A stretch of 64,000 nucleotides of DNA, taken from positions 7,046 to 71,045 of the forward strand of contig CAKOLW010000001.1 in assembly GCA_934096405.1 (NCBI GenBank), read 5' to 3'. Under the pieces are notes generated by a model. That model was not told where the DNA came from. It ran no database searches and saw nothing but the letters and a program-made list of their open reading frames with translations. Positions 61,075 to 64,000 of the stretch are shown here, in pieces. How positions within the stretch are numbered: position 1 is the stretch's first letter; each line of letters opens with the position of its first letter. This stretch comes from an uncultured Bacilli bacterium (GTDB taxonomy: Bacteria; Bacillota_I; Bacilli_A; RF39; UBA660). The position numbers and the translations under genes are program-made.

Positions 61075-62052
61075 ATGAAATGGAAAATTGGTAATGTAGA
61101 AATTAAAAATCAAGTAGTATTTGCACCTATGGCTAGTGTATCCAATATAAGTTATAGACAAATAATAAAAGAAATGGGAGCTGGTCTTATATATTCAGAA
61201 ATGATTTCTACAATGGGTATAGTTTATAATGGAAAAAAAACAATAGATTTAATTAACTTTAACGAAAATGAAAGACCAATAAGTATTCAAATATTTGGAA
61301 GCGACTTAAAATCATTTGTAGAAGCTGCAAAATACATAGAAGAAAACTTTCATCCAGATATAATAGATATCAATATGGGATGTCCTGTACCTAAAGTTGC
61401 TATTAAAAGTCAAGCAGGAAGCGCATTACTAAAAGATCCTGACAAAATATATGAAATAGTAAAGGCTGTTGTTGATAATACAAACACACCAATAACAGTA
61501 AAAATCAGAAGTGGATGGGATGATAAACATATAAATGCTGTAGAAGTTGCAAAAAAAATAGAAAGTGCTGGTGCATCAGCCATCGCAATTCATGCAAGAA
61601 CTAGAAGCCAAGGATATTCAGGTAGTGCTAATTGGAACATAATTAAAGAGGTTAAACAATCTGTTAAAATACCAATAATAGGTAATGGGGATATAACAAG
61701 CCCAGAACTTGCAAAACAAATGCTAGAGGAAACTGGATGTGATGCAATTATGATAGGTCGTGCTACTTTAGGTAACCCTTGGATAATAAAAGAAATAGTT
61801 CACTATCTAGATACCAATGAACTACTTCCAAAACCAACAAACGCAGAAAAAATAGAAATGATAAAAACACACTACAATTTATTAAAAAAATATTCAAACA
61901 CTACACATGCATTATTAGAAATAAGAACTCACGCACTATGGTATTTAAAAGGTATACCAAGTACAAAAGAGATAAAAACTAAAATATGTCAAGCTAAAAC
62001 TGAAGAAGAATTTATGAATATCATAAAAGAATTAAATGAATTAGTAAAATAA
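61075..62052 (+). CDS. dusB: tRNA-dihydrouridine synthase
   Basis: FAPMASVSNISYRQI and the IDINMGCPVPKV FMN/active-site Cys region. 325 aa. Confidence 0.9.
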   Translation: MKWKIGNVEIKNQVVFAPMASVSNISYRQIIKEMGAGLIYSEMISTMGIVYNGKKTIDLINFNENERPISIQIFGSDLKSFVEAAKYIEENFHPDIIDINMGCPVPKVAIKSQAGSALLKDPDKIYEIVKAVVDNTNTPITVKIRSGWDDKHINAVEVAKKIESAGASAIAIHARTRSQGYSGSANWNIIKEVKQSVKIPIIGNGDITSPELAKQMLEETGCDAIMIGRATLGNPWIIKEIVHYLDTNELLPKPTNAEKIEMIKTHYNLLKKYSNTTHALLEIRTHALWYLKGIPSTKEIKTKICQAKTEEEFMNIIKELNELVK

Positions 62053-62110
62053 TTTTAAAAATGATAAAAAAACTCAAATTCAAAAACACTAAAATTATCA
62101 TTGCGGATTT

Positions 62111-62140
62111 TTGACGTTTTTGTCCTTTTTACGTAATAAT
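62111..62140 (+). promoter_or_regulatory. candidate sigma-A promoter for lysS leader
   Basis: TTGACG, a 17-nt spacer, then TAATAAT. Confidence 0.4.
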
Positions 62141-62289
62141 CTTAACAATTATACTATTACCAGGCACATTTTCTCCAAAAAAAGTAATACTTAATTTAGG
62201 AAAACTTGAATATCAATAATACATTTAACTATTTAGTTTTATAACACACACCCAATTGACAAAACAACATTAATATAGTAAAATACCCA

Positions 62290-62490
62290 TAGAAATCAAA
62301 GAGAAGGACGAGTAATATCAATTCTTATCATAGAGAATTAGTGGTTGGTGTAAACTAATATAAGAATAATATGAATAAAACCTTTGAGAGGCTTAAGCCC
62401 GGTTAAATACCGTTATAATGAAAGAGTCAGTTAATGATAAGAAAGGTGGTACAGTGAACGCAAAGTTTGCCCTTTTGTCATTAACTTTTT
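62290..62490 (+). promoter_or_regulatory. T-box riboswitch leader (Lys specifier candidate) upstream of lysS
   Basis: AGAGA box (AAAGAGAAGGACGAGTAAT). Stem I base CAAAG...CTTTG with AAA in the specifier-loop region. Conserved T-box core GGTGGTAC. Terminator helix GTTAATGATAAGAAAGG / CCTTTTGTCATTAAC followed by TTTTTTT. Confidence 0.55.
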
Positions 62491-62514
62491 TTATTAAGAA
62501 GGAGGAATAAAATA

Positions 62515-63984
62515 ATGGAAAATTTAACAGAACAAGAAATTGTAAGGAGAGGAAAACTAGATAATATTAAAGAATATTGTAATCCGTATCCAGAAAAATA
62601 TGAAAGAACACACACATTAAAAGAAGCTAAAACTTTAAATGATGGAACACAAGACATTAAAATCGCAGGAAGAATAGTATTCATGAGAAAAATGGGTAAA
62701 CTAAGTTTCATTAAAATAAGAGATATTGAAGAAAGCATGCAACTTGAATTCAAAGTAGACACTTTAGGTGAAGAAAAATATGACTTCATGAAAAAATTAA
62801 TTGATACAGGAGACTTTATTGGTGCTGAAGGAGAAATATTCACAACTCAAACTGGAGAAAAAACCCTAAGAGTTCATAACTTTACTTTCTTAGGTAAAGC
62901 GCTTAAACCATTACCAGAAAAATTCCATGGATTACAAGACACAGAATTAAAATATAGACAAAGATATGTTGACTTAATAACAAATGAAGAAAGTAGAAAA
63001 GTATTTCTAGGTAGAAGTAAAATGTATGCATTCATACATAAATACCTAAATGAAAATGGATTCCTAGAAGTTGAAACACCTATAATTCAAACCGCAGTAT
63101 GTGGCGCTAGTGCAAAACCTTTCTATACTCATCACAATGCATTAGATATAGATTGTAATTTAAGAATCGCTCCAGAAACTTATTTAAAACAATGCATATC
63201 AGGTGGATTTGATCGTGTGTATGAAGTAGCTAAATGCTTTAGAAACGAAGGTATGGATCCACAACACTTACAAGAATTCACACAAGTTGAATGGTATGTT
63301 GCATATTGGAATTTTGAAGATACAATTGTATTCTACAAAAACTTTATAAAGAATATGTTACTAGAATTAGTTGGTACAACAACAATTGAATATCAAGGAA
63401 ATACATTAGATTTTGGAAAAGATAAATGGCCAAGAATTAATTACATTGAAGAAATGAATAAAATACTAGGATTTGAATTTTTAGACATAGAAGATCCATT
63501 GGTATTAAAAGAAAAAATAAATGAAAAAGGTTTATTTACTTTACAAGATTTAAATGATTACAAATCAGTAAGTCAAATAATAGACTATGTATACAAAAGA
63601 AAAATTAGAGAAAATATAATGGAACCTACTATTATATATAACTACCCTTCTATCATGATGCCACTTACAAGAAGAAACGACATTAATCCAAAAGCATCAG
63701 ATATGTTCCAAGTAGTTGCCGCAGGTACTGAACTTTGTAAAGCATATTCAGAATTAGTTAATCCATTTGATCAAAGAGAAGCATTTGAAAGTCAAATGAA
63801 AGCTAAACAACAAGGTGACGACGAAACTATGGAATTAGATGAAGGATTCTTAGGTTCTATGGAACAAGGAATGCCACCTATCTCAGGACTAGGATTTGGA
63901 ATAGACAGACTAATGATGCTTATCTATAACCAAGAATCTGTAAGAGATGTAGTATTATTTCCAATGATGAAACCAGAAAATTAG
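62515..63984 (+). CDS. lysS: lysine-tRNA ligase, class II
   Basis: N-terminal OB anticodon-binding domain and class II motifs (FRNEG, GLGFGIDRLMML). 489 aa. Confidence 0.95.
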   Translation: MENLTEQEIVRRGKLDNIKEYCNPYPEKYERTHTLKEAKTLNDGTQDIKIAGRIVFMRKMGKLSFIKIRDIEESMQLEFKVDTLGEEKYDFMKKLIDTGDFIGAEGEIFTTQTGEKTLRVHNFTFLGKALKPLPEKFHGLQDTELKYRQRYVDLITNEESRKVFLGRSKMYAFIHKYLNENGFLEVETPIIQTAVCGASAKPFYTHHNALDIDCNLRIAPETYLKQCISGGFDRVYEVAKCFRNEGMDPQHLQEFTQVEWYVAYWNFEDTIVFYKNFIKNMLLELVGTTTIEYQGNTLDFGKDKWPRINYIEEMNKILGFEFLDIEDPLVLKEKINEKGLFTLQDLNDYKSVSQIIDYVYKRKIRENIMEPTIIYNYPSIMMPLTRRNDINPKASDMFQVVAAGTELCKAYSELVNPFDQREAFESQMKAKQQGDDETMELDEGFLGSMEQGMPPISGLGFGIDRLMMLIYNQESVRDVVLFPMMKPEN

Positions 63985-64000
63985 AGTTTTTCCTCTAATT

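Noticed and set aside
62481-62843. 120-aa ORF on the minus strand
   Set aside because: Lies entirely antisense to lysS. Low-complexity Ser/Leu/Ile-rich translation typical of antisense frames in AT-rich DNA.
1-64000. CRISPR arrays, transposases, integrases, prophage blocks
   Set aside because: No regularly spaced direct-repeat array. No ORF with DDE, serine- or tyrosine-recombinase motifs. The two tRNAs are not flanked by integrase-like genes.

Overview
This is a very AT-rich, low-GC Firmicutes-type chromosomal segment. It looks Clostridia-like and sporulation-capable, given CotF-like and CwlJ/SleB-like genes, rubrerythrin, monomeric pyruvate:ferredoxin oxidoreductase, a CIRCE-controlled hsp20 and a T-box-controlled lysS. 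Standard genetic code applies. I saw no CRISPR array, transposase or integrase.

Gene content falls into six blocks:
- 1-24 kb holds mixed housekeeping and cell-wall genes: a bacitracin-type ABC ATPase, a Clp-like D1-only AAA ATPase, an NlpC/P60 hydrolase, tRNA-Asn, rubrerythrin, Hsp20, an SDR / E2-like acyltransferase / acyl-CoA ligase operon, ZupT, an esterase, an ABC-F protein, tRNA-Trp, CwlJ-like, Tag, and a five-LysM amidase.
- Around 24.2-24.7 kb there is a small self-contained unit encoding a 29-aa double-glycine-leader peptide, next to a frameshifted CPBP (Abi) immunity-type protease remnant.
- PFOR follows at 24.9-28.3 kb.
- 28.4-49.2 kb is a roughly 20-kb, 21-gene, single-strand cell-surface glycopolymer locus (teichoic-acid/capsule-like). 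It includes a TagO/WecA-type primer, gpsA, a CDP-alcohol phosphatidyltransferase, an LtaS-like transferase, GT2 and GT4 glycosyltransferases, an Alg14-like fusion plus Alg13-like protein, a TagGH-type ABC exporter, a Wzy-like protein and an O-acetyltransferase.
- 49.2-51.7 kb is a tight four-gene operon: an isochorismatase-like hydrolase, an HExxH protein, a C39-like cysteine peptidase and a small membrane protein.
- The remainder holds phospholipid genes (PAP2-like, psd, DAG-kinase-like), NUDIX, HtrA, an Abi_2 abortive-infection gene wedged between htrA and rpsI-rplM, a repeat surface protein, dusB and lysS.

Three genes appear decayed: an MBL-fold hydrolase with TAA inside its HxHxDH motif, an ogt fragment with an in-frame TGA, and the CPBP remnant. 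No single blockbuster system is obvious. The best candidates for novelty are the GG-peptide/immunity-remnant unit, the HExxH/C39-like operon, the E2-like acyltransferase operon with a Glu in place of the catalytic His, and the D1-only Clp ATPase.
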